A stretch of 63,845 bases of DNA, filler included. It is 6 parts of 6 records of this genome, joined end to end, with 100 filler letters (N's around TTAATTAATTAA, not from the genome) between each part and the next. Parts side by side here need not be neighbours in the genome. Positions count along the whole stretch, not along the records: positions 1 to 13,385 come from SRR20825010_3150; 5 more parts are not named here. One strand, written 5' to 3'. Shown here one piece after another: positions 1 to 9,221 of the stretch. The notes beneath the pieces are model-generated. The model worked only from the letters and a program-made list of their open reading frames with translations, searched no databases and was not told where the DNA came from. The translations under genes and the position numbers were made by a program. Each line of letters opens with the position of its first letter. Positions within the stretch are counted from its first letter, which is position 1.

Positions 1-898
1 CGGCATCATGGAGCATATCGAGGAAGCCGGGATCCATTCCGGCGACAGCGCCTGCTCCCTGCCGCCGCAGAGTCTGCCGGAAGCTGTAATCCAGGAGATC
101 CGCAGGCAATCGACCTTGCTCGCCGAGGGTCTGAAGGTCGTTGGCCTGATGAACACCCAGTTCGCGGTCAAGGACGGCGAGGTTTTCATCCTCGAGGTTA
201 ATCCGCGGGCCAGCCGGACGGTGCCGTTCGTCGCCAAGGCGACCGGCGTGCCGATCGCCAAGATCGCCAGCCGTGTCATGGCCGGTGAGAAACTGGCCGA
301 CTTCCCCCTGCCGACGAAAATGCCGGACCATGTCGCCGTGAAGGAAGCCGTCTTCCCGTTCAACCGGTTCCCGGGCGTTGATGTCATTCTCGGCCCGGAA
401 ATGAAGTCGACCGGCGAAGTCATGGGCATCGACAAGGATTTCGGCCGCGCCTTCGCCAAGAGCCAGATGGCGGCGAGCACGCACCTGCCGGCATCCGGCA
501 CGGTGTTCGTCTCCGTCCGCGACGAAGACAAGGCGGAGATCATCAAGCTGTCCGCCGATCTTGTGGAAATGGGTTATCTGCTGCTGGCCACCGAAGGCAC
601 GGCGAATGCCCTGAAAGAAGCCGGCCTGCATGTCGACCGGACCAAGAAAGTGCTCGAAGGCCGTCCGCATATCGTCGACAACATGCTCTCCGGACACGTC
701 GATCTGGTCTTCAACACGACCGGCGGGGCGCAGGCGATCTCGGACAGTTTCAGCTTGCGTCAGACAGCGCTGACCCACAATATTCCGTATTATACGACGG
801 TCGAAGGTGCCCGGGCCGCTGTTCAGGCAATGAAAGCAATGCGGGCCGGTCGCCTTGAAGTGGCACCGTTGCAATCCTATCTAAGCGGATCGTTTTGA
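1..898 (+). CDS. carB: Carbamoyl-phosphate synthase large subunit, C-terminal part (5' truncated)
   Basis: [19 protein letters not shown] and [18 protein letters not shown] motifs; C-terminal MGS domain; sits upstream of greA. Confidence 0.97.
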   Translation, partial: GIMEHIEEAGIHSGDSACSLPPQSLPEAVIQEIRRQSTLLAEGLKVVGLMNTQFAVKDGEVFILEVNPRASRTVPFVAKATGVPIAKIASRVMAGEKLADFPLPTKMPDHVAVKEAVFPFNRFPGVDVILGPEMKSTGEVMGIDKDFGRAFAKSQMAASTHLPASGTVFVSVRDEDKAEIIKLSADLVEMGYLLLATEGTANALKEAGLHVDRTKKVLEGRPHIVDNMLSGHVDLVFNTTGGAQAISDSFSLRQTALTHNIPYYTTVEGARAAVQAMKAMRAGRLEVAPLQSYLSGSF

Positions 899-995
899 CG
901 GCCGGCGGTAGGACCGGGCGCCACCGGTGACTCTTGCTTGGGAGAGCAGGTCGCCATTTTATGAGCTTATTGAGTGAGAATCCGAGGTCGGTTTA

Positions 996-1469
996 ATGGA
1001 AAAAGTCCCGATGACGGCGCAGGGTTTTGATCGCCTCAAGACAGAGCTGAAGCAGCTTAAAACTGTGGAACGCTATGAGATTATCAAGGCCATTTCGGAA
1101 GCGCGCGAACACGGCGATCTTTCAGAGAATGCCGAATATCATTCCGCGCGCGAGCGCCAAAGCTTCATCGAAGGTCGCATCCTCGAACTTGAGGACGCGA
1201 CCAGCCGCGCCGACGTCATCGACACAGCCAAACTCGGCGGCGAAACTGTAACTTTCGGGACCATTATCAAGGTCGCGGATGAAGACACGGACGAAGAGCA
1301 AACCTTCACCATTGTCGGCCCCTACGAGACCGACATTTCGAAGGGCTTTATCTCGACTTCCTCCCCGATCGCCCGCGCGCTGATCGGCAAGAAGGTCGGA
1401 GACAGTGCCGAGGTGACGACTCCACGCGGATCGAAAAGCTACGAAATTCTCAGCATCTCCGTGATGTAA
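996..1469 (+). CDS. greA: Transcription elongation factor GreA
   Basis: [16 protein letters not shown] and [11 protein letters not shown] motifs. Confidence 0.98.
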   Translation: MEKVPMTAQGFDRLKTELKQLKTVERYEIIKAISEAREHGDLSENAEYHSARERQSFIEGRILELEDATSRADVIDTAKLGGETVTFGTIIKVADEDTDEEQTFTIVGPYETDISKGFISTSSPIARALIGKKVGDSAEVTTPRGSKSYEILSISVM

Positions 1470-1499
1470 TTCCAGCGCGGTGCTGAGTACTGATTGAAG

Positions 1500-1527
1500 A
1501 GAAGAGCCCGGTTCGCCGGGCTCTTCT
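1500..1527. terminator. Hairpin between convergent greA and the cytochrome gene; likely bidirectional terminator
   Basis: AGAAGAGCCCGG-TTCG-CCGGGCTCTTCT, a perfect 12-bp stem. Confidence 0.75.
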
Positions 1528-1542
1528 TCGTTCAGGGCCTCG

Positions 1543-4500
1543 TTAATTCCCCGCCGGCACGGTGACCGAGCCCGTATCGGCGATGGTGAACTTCCAGTCT
1601 TCGGCCTGCGTCCCCGCGAGATTGAGATTCCCGCCAAGGAAATAGAGCCGGTCACGGTCCTTGCCCTTGGCCGTGCAGAACCGGTCCTGCAGATAGAAGG
1701 GCGGTGTCGCCTGGTAGGACAGTCGGGCACGGACCGAAACCGGTGCACCGGCAAGATCCGCCAGCGGAACCGCGTAAGTCAGCTTGTCCCCGCCACCGGT
1801 CTTGTAGTCAGGATCATTCCCGACACCGAGAGATCCGGCATCCTCAGCCATATCCGCACCGGCTCCCAATGCCGCCGCGATCGCCTTGCGCTGGTCGAGC
1901 GGGAGGTAGCCGGTCGGCAGCAGCCTGTTATCCTTCACCTCCGCGCAGATAGACAGGAACGAGGTGGTCAACTGGCCTTCCGGCTTTGCGTCATGACCGC
2001 ATTGCGGATTCTTGGAGCCTGGCTTCGGCGTGCTGACCAGTTCCTGATAGATCTGCACCTGATCCTGCCGCGTGATGAGCTGGTGGTGCGGCTGGTGCAG
2101 ACGTTTCTCCGGCTCGATCCGGGCCGAACAATCGTCCTCCCACCACATCTCGCCCGGCAGAGGATCTCCTGATGGATCAAGAATCCTGCCTGCACCATCG
2201 GTCTTGCCGGAAGACCAGATCACATTGCCCAGCCGGTCCATGACATCGAAGGTCACGAAAGCCCGCCGGAAGCCAACCCCGGACGGGAACTTGTGCCCGA
2301 CATGATTGGTGATGGAAACGTCCGCCTTGAGGATTGCTGTGTCGGGATCTACAGCGACGTTGGTGACAGCAAGATCGGCCGTGGCCTTCGCTGCCTGATC
2401 CAGCATCTTCTGCTCGGTATAGATCAGAGGATCCATGCCCTTCTTGCCCATCATCGGGTCCTGGGTCCTGATGCCGAGCACGTCCGGGAACTGCTGCGCC
2501 ATACCGGTGAGGAAGACGTTAAGCCCGACCAGCGTGTGCTCCGCAAAGCCCTCGCGCACCGGCAGGTCGATTTCATCCGGCCCGCGATTGAACTCGGCCT
2601 GCGGGAAATTGGAGAATTCCTGGATGCTCGCGATCCGCGACTTCACCGGCTCCCCGTCCGCCGTCTTTGACGGCATGTGACAGTCCTGGCAGCTCTTTGA
2701 GATGGAGCCCGCCCCTTCGGGCAATGGCCCGTCCGGCGAAGTGCCGGTGCGATAGGCACTGAAGGCCCATTCCGGATAGGTCAGCTGCTCATAGACATGA
2801 CCGACGGTCTTGCCTTCATGCATCACCGGCAGGTGAACCGTGTGACAGGTGCCGCAGGTCTCCGACATGGCAAGCGTTGTGTTGTGTGCGGGCTTGTTGC
2901 CGAGGGAGTCCAGCATGGGAGCGGTCTTCGGATCCTCGAACGGCCCGAAGATCGTCTCCGGACCACCGACCAGGAACGAGCCGGTGAAGGTTTTGGCAAA
3001 CCCGCTTACATCCGGATTGAGAAAGGCCTGCCGCTCGACCACGCATTTGTTCTCGGGCCGCTCCTTCACCTCGTTGGAGATGTTTTCGCCCAGCACCATG
3101 CGATGACAGGACGTGCAGGAGATACCGTCCCGGGCCAAAGCCCCGTAATCGGCATATTCGACATGCTCGTTCCTGGCCTTTTCCGATGGCCACGGGGTTG
3201 CCTCAACAACCTCCCGGGTGAAGGCACCACAACCGGCGGGGTCCTCATCCTTCGGCATCGTCGCGATCGGCTCGATCTTGCCGGTACTGACATCGATGCC
3301 GTACTGACGCTGCCCCAGAATGCCGTGACAACCGAGGCAGGTATTCTCGACCAGCTTCGCCTTACCTTTGTGGAAGGTCTGGGTCTCGCTCGCAAGCTGG
3401 GCGAAGAAAATCGGATCGCGCCCGGCCAGCCCCATCGGCGAGGTTCGCCAGGAGCCATAGGGAGAATGGTTCCACATCTTCCCGGCCGCGGCATCCGAGC
3501 CGTCGCCGTAATCGGGAGAGACAGGCTCCGTCATATCGAACTGCAGGCCCGTACTGCCCGCATCGTGGCAACCAAGACACTGGCTGGAGGTCAGGTATTC
3601 GTCATGGATCGTCGGGCCACCGGCGGCGACAAAGGTTTCGTCATACGTCTCCGACGGCATCTTCGGAACAGTCTCATAGTCCGGAGCCGCCCCGGGCCCA
3701 TTCCACTGAAAGGCCTCCGTGAATGCGGGGTTATAGGCATAAAGTGGCTGTCCCAATCGCCGGACCTGATCGGTCGGCAATGTGACGACCGGATGGTTCG
3801 AGGCCGTGTCCGGCGTCGGGTCCTCGTCCTGATTGAGGAACACCAGCGGATGCCCCGGCTCCCCCTCGATATTCTTCTGCGAGGAAAAGGTCATGTTGTC
3901 CCGGGCGGAGGCGTGACAGTTCATGCAATATTGCGCGAACCCCATATTGACCATCAGGTTCGATGACTGGTTCGCGGGATAATCGGGAGCCCAGCCGTTC
4001 CAGCCGAACCATCCCCAGAACCAGCCGTCATGGCTCTTCTTCGAGTCCCGCACCATGATCGCGGCGCCGTGGATGTTCGGGATCAGTTTCTCCGGCTCCA
4101 CCGCGGAGCAGACCGATGCCGGAGAGGAATACATCTCCTTCACCATGATCGCGCCATCCGGCACCGGTGCTTTATCCGTGTCCGCATCCTCGTCCGCCGG
4201 AGTCCGGTTGTCCTTGATCCAACCGAACATTTCCGGCGAGTACCAGATCACCACCGGCGCATGCGTGCCATGATAGGTCCCGATCCACTCACCACCGGTC
4301 AGGTGCGCCGTTTCAGGACCGGTATCGCGGACATACTTGTCCCGCACCCAGCCGGACGTCTTGTCGCGATGGCAGAAATTCACGAAATATTCCTGCAGCT
4401 TCAGTTCGTATTCCCGCAACGGCAACGCGGAAGGGTCACGCACGACGGGATCCAGTTTCCGGCAGAGCTCAAGATCATGTGGTAAAACCGGAACATTCTG

Positions 4501-4608
4501 CTCTTCGGGGCAGACGGCTGCAGCAATGCCGCCACCAAGCCCGAAGAACAGCGCCCCGGAGGCAAAAAAAGTCCGCAACCGGCGAAAACCAGACATTATT
4601 CTCTCCAT
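1543..4608 (-). CDS. Exported multiheme cytochrome c with an N-terminal cytochrome P460-like domain
   Basis: Signal peptide; P460-like PDGAIMVKEMY...AIMVRDS..SHDGWFW...CMNCH; five more CxxCH (CLGCH x2, CTSCH, CGTCH, CQDCH); C-terminal GHKFPSG domain. Confidence 0.85.
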   Translation of the reverse strand: MERIMSGFRRLRTFFASGALFFGLGGGIAAAVCPEEQNVPVLPHDLELCRKLDPVVRDPSALPLREYELKLQEYFVNFCHRDKTSGWVRDKYVRDTGPETAHLTGGEWIGTYHGTHAPVVIWYSPEMFGWIKDNRTPADEDADTDKAPVPDGAIMVKEMYSSPASVCSAVEPEKLIPNIHGAAIMVRDSKKSHDGWFWGWFGWNGWAPDYPANQSSNLMVNMGFAQYCMNCHASARDNMTFSSQKNIEGEPGHPLVFLNQDEDPTPDTASNHPVVTLPTDQVRRLGQPLYAYNPAFTEAFQWNGPGAAPDYETVPKMPSETYDETFVAAGGPTIHDEYLTSSQCLGCHDAGSTGLQFDMTEPVSPDYGDGSDAAAGKMWNHSPYGSWRTSPMGLAGRDPIFFAQLASETQTFHKGKAKLVENTCLGCHGILGQRQYGIDVSTGKIEPIATMPKDEDPAGCGAFTREVVEATPWPSEKARNEHVEYADYGALARDGISCTSCHRMVLGENISNEVKERPENKCVVERQAFLNPDVSGFAKTFTGSFLVGGPETIFGPFEDPKTAPMLDSLGNKPAHNTTLAMSETCGTCHTVHLPVMHEGKTVGHVYEQLTYPEWAFSAYRTGTSPDGPLPEGAGSISKSCQDCHMPSKTADGEPVKSRIASIQEFSNFPQAEFNRGPDEIDLPVREGFAEHTLVGLNVFLTGMAQQFPDVLGIRTQDPMMGKKGMDPLIYTEQKMLDQAAKATADLAVTNVAVDPDTAILKADVSITNHVGHKFPSGVGFRRAFVTFDVMDRLGNVIWSSGKTDGAGRILDPSGDPLPGEMWWEDDCSARIEPEKRLHQPHHQLITRQDQVQIYQELVSTPKPGSKNPQCGHDAKPEGQLTTSFLSICAEVKDNRLLPTGYLPLDQRKAIAAALGAGADMAEDAGSLGVGNDPDYKTGGGDKLTYAVPLADLAGAPVSVRARLSYQATPPFYLQDRFCTAKGKDRDRLYFLGGNLNLAGTQAEDWKFTIADTGSVTVPAGN

Positions 4609-4767
4609 GTCCGCGTGCTCTGTGGCACGTTCTGAAACAACCTTTTAAAGTAGAATAACATAATACCGCCTCTACCCAGAGACGGGACCGTTTCAGAACT
4701 GTGAAAACTTGCTCGGCGGATAAACCTGTTTGGAGCCACAGAGGATGGCCGAGATCGAAAAGCGCCG

Positions 4768-4857
4768 ATGGTCACTGTCTATGGCAAAGCCCGGCGCTGG
4801 ATCGACAGCGCTCTCGGTTGCTTCGCCAGCTACAAGTTCATCACCAGCCGGACCTAA
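4768..4857 (+). pseudogene. Remnant C-terminus of a LysE/RhtB-family translocator
   Basis: Reads (KAP)MVTVYGKARRWIDSALGCFASYKFITSRT*, resembling the end of LysE proteins; no upstream gene body. Similarity judged from memory. Confidence 0.5.
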
Positions 4858-4887
4858 TGCTCTGCAGCCAGCAAGACGGCGCCGCGC

Positions 4888-4917
4888 TTGACAGGCCGGG
4901 CCGCCCTCGTCTATTTC
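4888..4917 (+). promoter_or_regulatory. Putative sigma70 promoter of the metZ leader
   Basis: TTGACA-N18-TATTTC ending 7 nt before the first riboswitch aptamer. Confidence 0.6.
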
Positions 4918-4924
4918 ACAAGTC

Positions 4925-4978
4925 AGCGCCGATTTGAGACTCAGATTGCGGGCGCTTTAAAAATGCGGCTAAAGAGGG
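4925..4978 (+). ncRNA. SAM-II (SAM-alpha) riboswitch aptamer 1
   Basis: AGCGC-CGATTTGAGACTCAGATTGCG-GGCGCT-TTAAAAATGCGGCTAAAGAGGG: P1 AGCGC/GCGCT with the conserved GATTT, TTGC and GCTAAA elements, upstream of metZ. Confidence 0.85.
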
Positions 4979-4984
4979 ATTTCG

Positions 4985-5019
4985 ATCCGTCCGGCGCCGC
5001 CGCGACGGATTTTTTGTTT
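4985..5019 (+). terminator. Intrinsic terminator between the two SAM-II aptamers
   Basis: ATCCGTC-CGGC-gcc-GCCG-c-GACGGAT followed by TTTTTGTTT. Confidence 0.75.
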
Positions 5020-5044
5020 CAGGCTTGGTCCAGCTTATCGGACC

Positions 5045-5094
5045 CGCGGGATTTGAGGGCAGCTTGCATCCGCGTCACCAAGTGCTAAAGCGCC
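5045..5094 (+). ncRNA. SAM-II-like riboswitch aptamer 2
   Basis: CGCGG-GATTTGAGGGCAGCTTGCA-TCCGCG-TCACCAAGTGCTAAAGCGCC: P1 CGCGG/CCGCG; pseudoknot pairs CTTG/CAAG and GGC/GCC; GCTAAAG. Confidence 0.75.
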
Positions 5095-5141
5095 ACGGGG
5101 CATGCTCCCGTGGGCCCGATCAGAGACCAAGGAGCAGACCG

Positions 5142-6350
5142 ATGTCCGACAAGATCAACCCCGCCTTCACCGAAGCCGCCGACTGGAACCTGGAAACCCG
5201 CCTGGTACGCGGCGGCACCAACCGGTCCGAATTCGGTGAAACCTCAGAGGCGTTGTTCCTGACCTCCGGCTATGTCTATGACAGCCCGGAATCAGCCGAG
5301 GCCCGCTTCAACGGAGAGGAAGACGGCTTCGTCTATTCCCGCTACGGAAACCCGACGGTCCAGATGTTCGAAGACCGGATGGCGCTGCTGGAAGACGCGG
5401 AAACCTGTTTCGCCACGGCCAGCGGCATGGCGGCGGTCTGGGCTGCTCTGATCTGTCAGCTTCAGAGCGGCGATCACGTGGTCGCGGCCCGGGCCTTGTT
5501 CGGCTCCTGCCATCACATCCTGACCAAGATCCTCCCGAAATTCGGTATCGAGGCAACACTGGTCGACGGGACCGACATCGCGCAATGGCAAAGCGCGGTC
5601 AAGCCGAACACCAAGGTCTTCTTCTTCGAGACCCCGTCCAACCCGACCCTGGAGATCATCGATATCCCGGCTGTCGTCGCCATCGCCAAAAAGGCCGGTG
5701 CACGCGTCGTTGTCGATAACGTTTTCTCCACCCCGATCCTGCAGCAACCGATCCGGCTCGGCGCCGATATCTCGGTCTATTCCGGCACCAAGCATATCGA
5801 CGGCCAGGGCCGCACCCTCGGCGGAGCGGTGCTCTGCTCGAACGCATTCCGCAAGGATTACCTTGAGCCTTTCATGCGCCATACCGGCGGCTGCCTGAGC
5901 CCGTTCAACGCATGGATCCTGCTGAAAGGCCTCGAGACGCTCGACCTCCGGGTCCGCCGCCAGTCCGAGAATGCGCTGGCCATCGCCGAATTCCTGGAAA
6001 GCCATCCCGCCATTTCCCGCGTGATCTATCCGGGCCTCGCCTCCCACCCGCAGCATGCACTGGCCGCAAAACAGATGAGCGGTTTCGGCACGCTGGTTTC
6101 ATTCGACGTAAAGGGCGGCAAAGACGCGGCCTTCAAGCTGCTGAACGGCCTCAAGGTCGTCGATATCTCGAATAATCTCGGCGATACGAAGAGCCTGATC
6201 ACCCATCCCTACACAACCACGCACCGGGCGATGGAAGAGGCTGACCGTCAGGCACTCGGCATCGGCCAGGGACTGGTGCGGATCTCCGCCGGGATCGAAA
6301 ACGGTGCGGATCTGATCGCGGATTTCAAGGCGGCTCTCAACGGCCTTTGA
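5142..6350 (+). CDS. metZ: O-succinylhomoserine sulfhydrylase
   Basis: ETSEALFLTSGY, YSRYGNPT and the PLP motif SGTKHIDGQGR; ATG at 5142 follows AAGGAG. Confidence 0.93.
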   Translation: MSDKINPAFTEAADWNLETRLVRGGTNRSEFGETSEALFLTSGYVYDSPESAEARFNGEEDGFVYSRYGNPTVQMFEDRMALLEDAETCFATASGMAAVWAALICQLQSGDHVVAARALFGSCHHILTKILPKFGIEATLVDGTDIAQWQSAVKPNTKVFFFETPSNPTLEIIDIPAVVAIAKKAGARVVVDNVFSTPILQQPIRLGADISVYSGTKHIDGQGRTLGGAVLCSNAFRKDYLEPFMRHTGGCLSPFNAWILLKGLETLDLRVRRQSENALAIAEFLESHPAISRVIYPGLASHPQHALAAKQMSGFGTLVSFDVKGGKDAAFKLLNGLKVVDISNNLGDTKSLITHPYTTTHRAMEEADRQALGIGQGLVRISAGIENGADLIADFKAALNGL

Positions 6351-6454
6351 GTGCGAAAATGCACCCATCGGCAACCATTGCGTGGACTCTAGCGGCGATT
6401 AGTTTACAATTTAGATAAAATTAAGAATGAAGTGAGCGCAATCAGGGGCACGAA

Positions 6455-6985
6455 ATGGCCCGTCCGAAACAGCCAGCCTTCAGCAAAAGCCCGTTCCTGT
6501 TCGCCGACAGGATCGCGCTTGAAGATTTGCCCGAGCGCTCACTCGTCCGGGTAGCCCATAAATTCTGGCGGGGACTAATCCCGGAGCCGGATCTCCCCGC
6601 CAGAAGCGACTTCGATGCACCGGACGTTCCCCGCAAGATCATGCCCTGGGTCTTCCTGCATGAGGTCGTGCGGCATGAAGACGGCACACTCGACTATCGC
6701 TGCAAGCTGATGGGCACAAGCACCGTCGCGATGATCGGCTTCGATCCGACCGGCCGCCTGAACACAGAGTTTTTCACAACACCGGCCCTCCACTACCTCA
6801 ACGACAGTCTCGACGAGGCCGTGCGCCAGGGCACTCCCTCATTCTGGAAAGCTGGTCTACCGCATGCGCGCCTTGAAGCCGTTGCCGTCTGGCGGGGCAT
6901 ATTCCCGCTGGCAAGTGACCGGAAAACGGTCGACATGATCCTCGGCATCGGGGAGCCACGTTATCTGGCACAGGATGAAGAATGA
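6455..6985 (+). CDS. PAS-like domain protein (PAS_5/DUF1457 type)
   Basis: FW...LPARSDFD...MPWVFL...YRCKLMGT...DPTGR...FPLASD pattern. Confidence 0.75.
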   Translation: MARPKQPAFSKSPFLFADRIALEDLPERSLVRVAHKFWRGLIPEPDLPARSDFDAPDVPRKIMPWVFLHEVVRHEDGTLDYRCKLMGTSTVAMIGFDPTGRLNTEFFTTPALHYLNDSLDEAVRQGTPSFWKAGLPHARLEAVAVWRGIFPLASDRKTVDMILGIGEPRYLAQDEE

Positions 6986-7069
6986 TGTCTCGAAATAGAC
7001 TCGCCCCGGTTTTTGACTATCCTTGACTCGACCGTCGGCAAAAATCGGCGAGCAATCAGGAGGGCAACG

Positions 7070-7597
7070 ATGGCCCATCCCGGTCACCATAGCCTTAAGC
7101 GACCTGAGTTTCTCTTCCTCAAGCGCGTGACGCTGGACGAAGTACCCGAGGACTCGCTGACCAGAACTGCTTACCGGTTCTGGCGCAGCCTGATCATGGA
7201 ACCCGCCCTCCCGGCCCGCACCGATTTCAAGCCGGAGGCTGTGCCCAGGAAAGTCCTTCCCTGGGTGTTCCTGGTGGACGTGGTCCGGGCATCGAACGGC
7301 ACGCTCGACTATCGATACAGATTGAACGGGACCAGCAATGTCTCCCTTGTCGGGCGGGACCCCAAAGGGAAGCTCGCTTCGGAGATATTTGCAAAAACCG
7401 AACGGCGCTTCATGCTCGACAGTTTCAACATGACCGTGCAGGAGAAAGCGCCAACTTTCTGGGTTGGCGCCGTGCCCCATGACAGGATCGATCAGATCAA
7501 TATCTGGCGCGGACTGTTCCCTCTGGCGAGCGACCGGGAAAATATCGATCATATCCTCGGCATCGCCGTGCCCCGCCCAAACGAAACGGCAACATGA
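7070..7597 (+). CDS. PAS-like domain protein, tandem paralog of 6455-6985
   Basis: Shared blocks LPAR.DF, VPRK..PWVFL, GTLDYR, WRG.FPLASDR; ATG 7070 follows AGGAGG. Confidence 0.75.
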   Translation: MAHPGHHSLKRPEFLFLKRVTLDEVPEDSLTRTAYRFWRSLIMEPALPARTDFKPEAVPRKVLPWVFLVDVVRASNGTLDYRYRLNGTSNVSLVGRDPKGKLASEIFAKTERRFMLDSFNMTVQEKAPTFWVGAVPHDRIDQINIWRGLFPLASDRENIDHILGIAVPRPNETAT

Positions 7598-8070
7598 CAA
7601 CAGCCAGAAGCGATTATCAGATCCGTCCGGTGCAGCCTCTGGATGCTGGCGCCATCACGGATCTGATGAATCCAATTATCGCGGACGGCGGGCTCACAGC
7701 CATCACCGGGATCATGACCGTATCGGACCAACAAAGCTTCATCCGGACACTATCCGCCCGTTCCGTCTATCTGGCAGCGACCAACGATGCCTCTGGCGCC
7801 CTGCTTGGCATACAGGACTGCCTGCCCGATCCGGATCACCCGGCACGATGCGACATCAGCACCTTCGTGAGCCTGAACCGGCCTCGACACGGTGTCGGCA
7901 GATCCCTCTTCACTGAAATGCGGCAACGGCTGGAACGGCTGAACTTCCAAACAATCCGCGCTGTTATCCGGGAAGGGAACGCGGGTGCCCGGGCCTTCTA
8001 TCGCGCCATCGGTTTCACGGAAGCTGGAGTCGTAAACGGCAAGGTGACTGCATACTTCACGCTCGATTAA
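7594..8070 (+). CDS. GNAT family N-acetyltransferase
   Basis: RHGVGRSL and N.GARAFYRAIGF motifs; ATGA overlap with the upstream gene. Confidence 0.85.
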   Translation: MTTARSDYQIRPVQPLDAGAITDLMNPIIADGGLTAITGIMTVSDQQSFIRTLSARSVYLAATNDASGALLGIQDCLPDPDHPARCDISTFVSLNRPRHGVGRSLFTEMRQRLERLNFQTIRAVIREGNAGARAFYRAIGFTEAGVVNGKVTAYFTLD

Positions 8071-8088
8071 ACGGTGCTTTTGCGAGCA

Positions 8089-9069
8089 TCAGCGGTCGCG
8101 CTGGTCCAGATGACCTTCCAGCATGGACCGCACACGCGCCGCAGCCGCTTCGGCATCCTGCAACGGCTCATAAAGGAACGGCTCCACATACCCGTCGAAC
8201 GGCCGTGTCAGCCCGCGCTTCCGCAAATTCTCGTGAAACACCGCAATCCGTCCGGCCGGAGCCAGCAGGTCGGCGACATAGACGCCTTTTCCGGAAGAGC
8301 AGGCCTCCGAGACCATATTCACGGAATCGGACGTCACCACAATCGCGTCCGCCGCGCCCATGAATCCGAAATAGGGGTTTTCCCCCTCGCCGTTCCAGAA
8401 ACAGGCCGCCGCTTCTTCCTCTCCCAGCGCGGCAAGCGCCTGGACCAGACGCTCCGGTGTCCGCCGGGAGGCGGTGATCATCAGGCCGCAACCGCTATCG
8501 ATCAACCTCTCCAGGTTACCGATAAACCGGTCCACCAGCGCGTCTTCGATCTTTTGCCGTCGTGTCGCCCCGCCCACCGCGACCAGCACGCGCGGGCCGG
8601 GCAAAGGCTGAACAAGACGGTCGAAGCGCTTCGCCTCGGCACGCAGATCAAGGGATGCGAGGCCGTTCAACGAGGCCATGGTCACAATCACATTATCGCC
8701 CCGCGCCGGATCATGTTCCGGGACAATCAGGGCGCCGAAGTGGGCCGGGTCGATTCGCGGGTCCTGGATCTGCACGGCGAAGCTATGTCCCCCGGATCGC
8801 GCCTTGACTGAAAGCACCGCGCCCGCATTGCGGCGCCCGCACCCGATAACAAGATCCGGCCAGGGCGGCGTGAGTTGATCGCCCCCCGCACTCGGCGGGA
8901 TCATCCGGCACCGCCCCCACGCAGGAAAGGCGCGCAGCAGCGGGGACGGGCGGATACGCTTGATCACGGGTTCGATGCCGAGCGCCCGTGCGAGCGCAAG
9001 CGACTGCACCTCCATACCCCGGGTCCCGTCACTGACGACCCAGGCCGACATATCCGCCGGCAAACCCAT
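8089..9069 (-). CDS. ELM1/GtrOC1-family protein (mitochondrial fission ELM1-like)
   Basis: PPWPDLVIGCGRR, IQDPR, VPEHD, SRRTP and VTSDSVNMVSEA motifs; start follows GTGGAG. Confidence 0.85.
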   Translation of the reverse strand: MGLPADMSAWVVSDGTRGMEVQSLALARALGIEPVIKRIRPSPLLRAFPAWGRCRMIPPSAGGDQLTPPWPDLVIGCGRRNAGAVLSVKARSGGHSFAVQIQDPRIDPAHFGALIVPEHDPARGDNVIVTMASLNGLASLDLRAEAKRFDRLVQPLPGPRVLVAVGGATRRQKIEDALVDRFIGNLERLIDSGCGLMITASRRTPERLVQALAALGEEEAAACFWNGEGENPYFGFMGAADAIVVTSDSVNMVSEACSSGKGVYVADLLAPAGRIAVFHENLRKRGLTRPFDGYVEPFLYEPLQDAEAAAARVRSMLEGHLDQRDR

Positions 9070-9221
9070 AGAATACTCCACCACAATATTTGCGCACGAA
9101 TATGACAAGGAGGTGTAACAATCTTGCGCGAACGATCCGATTTGCTTTATTCTGCACTGCAATATCCGGCAAGGGAAACCTTCCGCTGCCGGTCAATCAA
9201 TCGAACCAGGAGTCATCCGCC

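Noticed and set aside
2797-3966. Long antisense ORFs (for example 2797-3966, 9213-10277, 11282-12088, 56277-57005, 57376-58161)
   Set aside because: Shadow frames of well-supported high-GC genes, with no recognisable motifs.
4575-4608. Tat signal (RR) on the multiheme cytochrome
   Set aside because: FRRLRT does not match S/T-R-R-x-F-L well, and c-type cytochromes are normally exported by Sec.
5025-5141. N-terminal extension of MetZ from the TTG at 5025
   Set aside because: The region is the riboswitch leader; a clear Shine-Dalgarno precedes the ATG at 5142.
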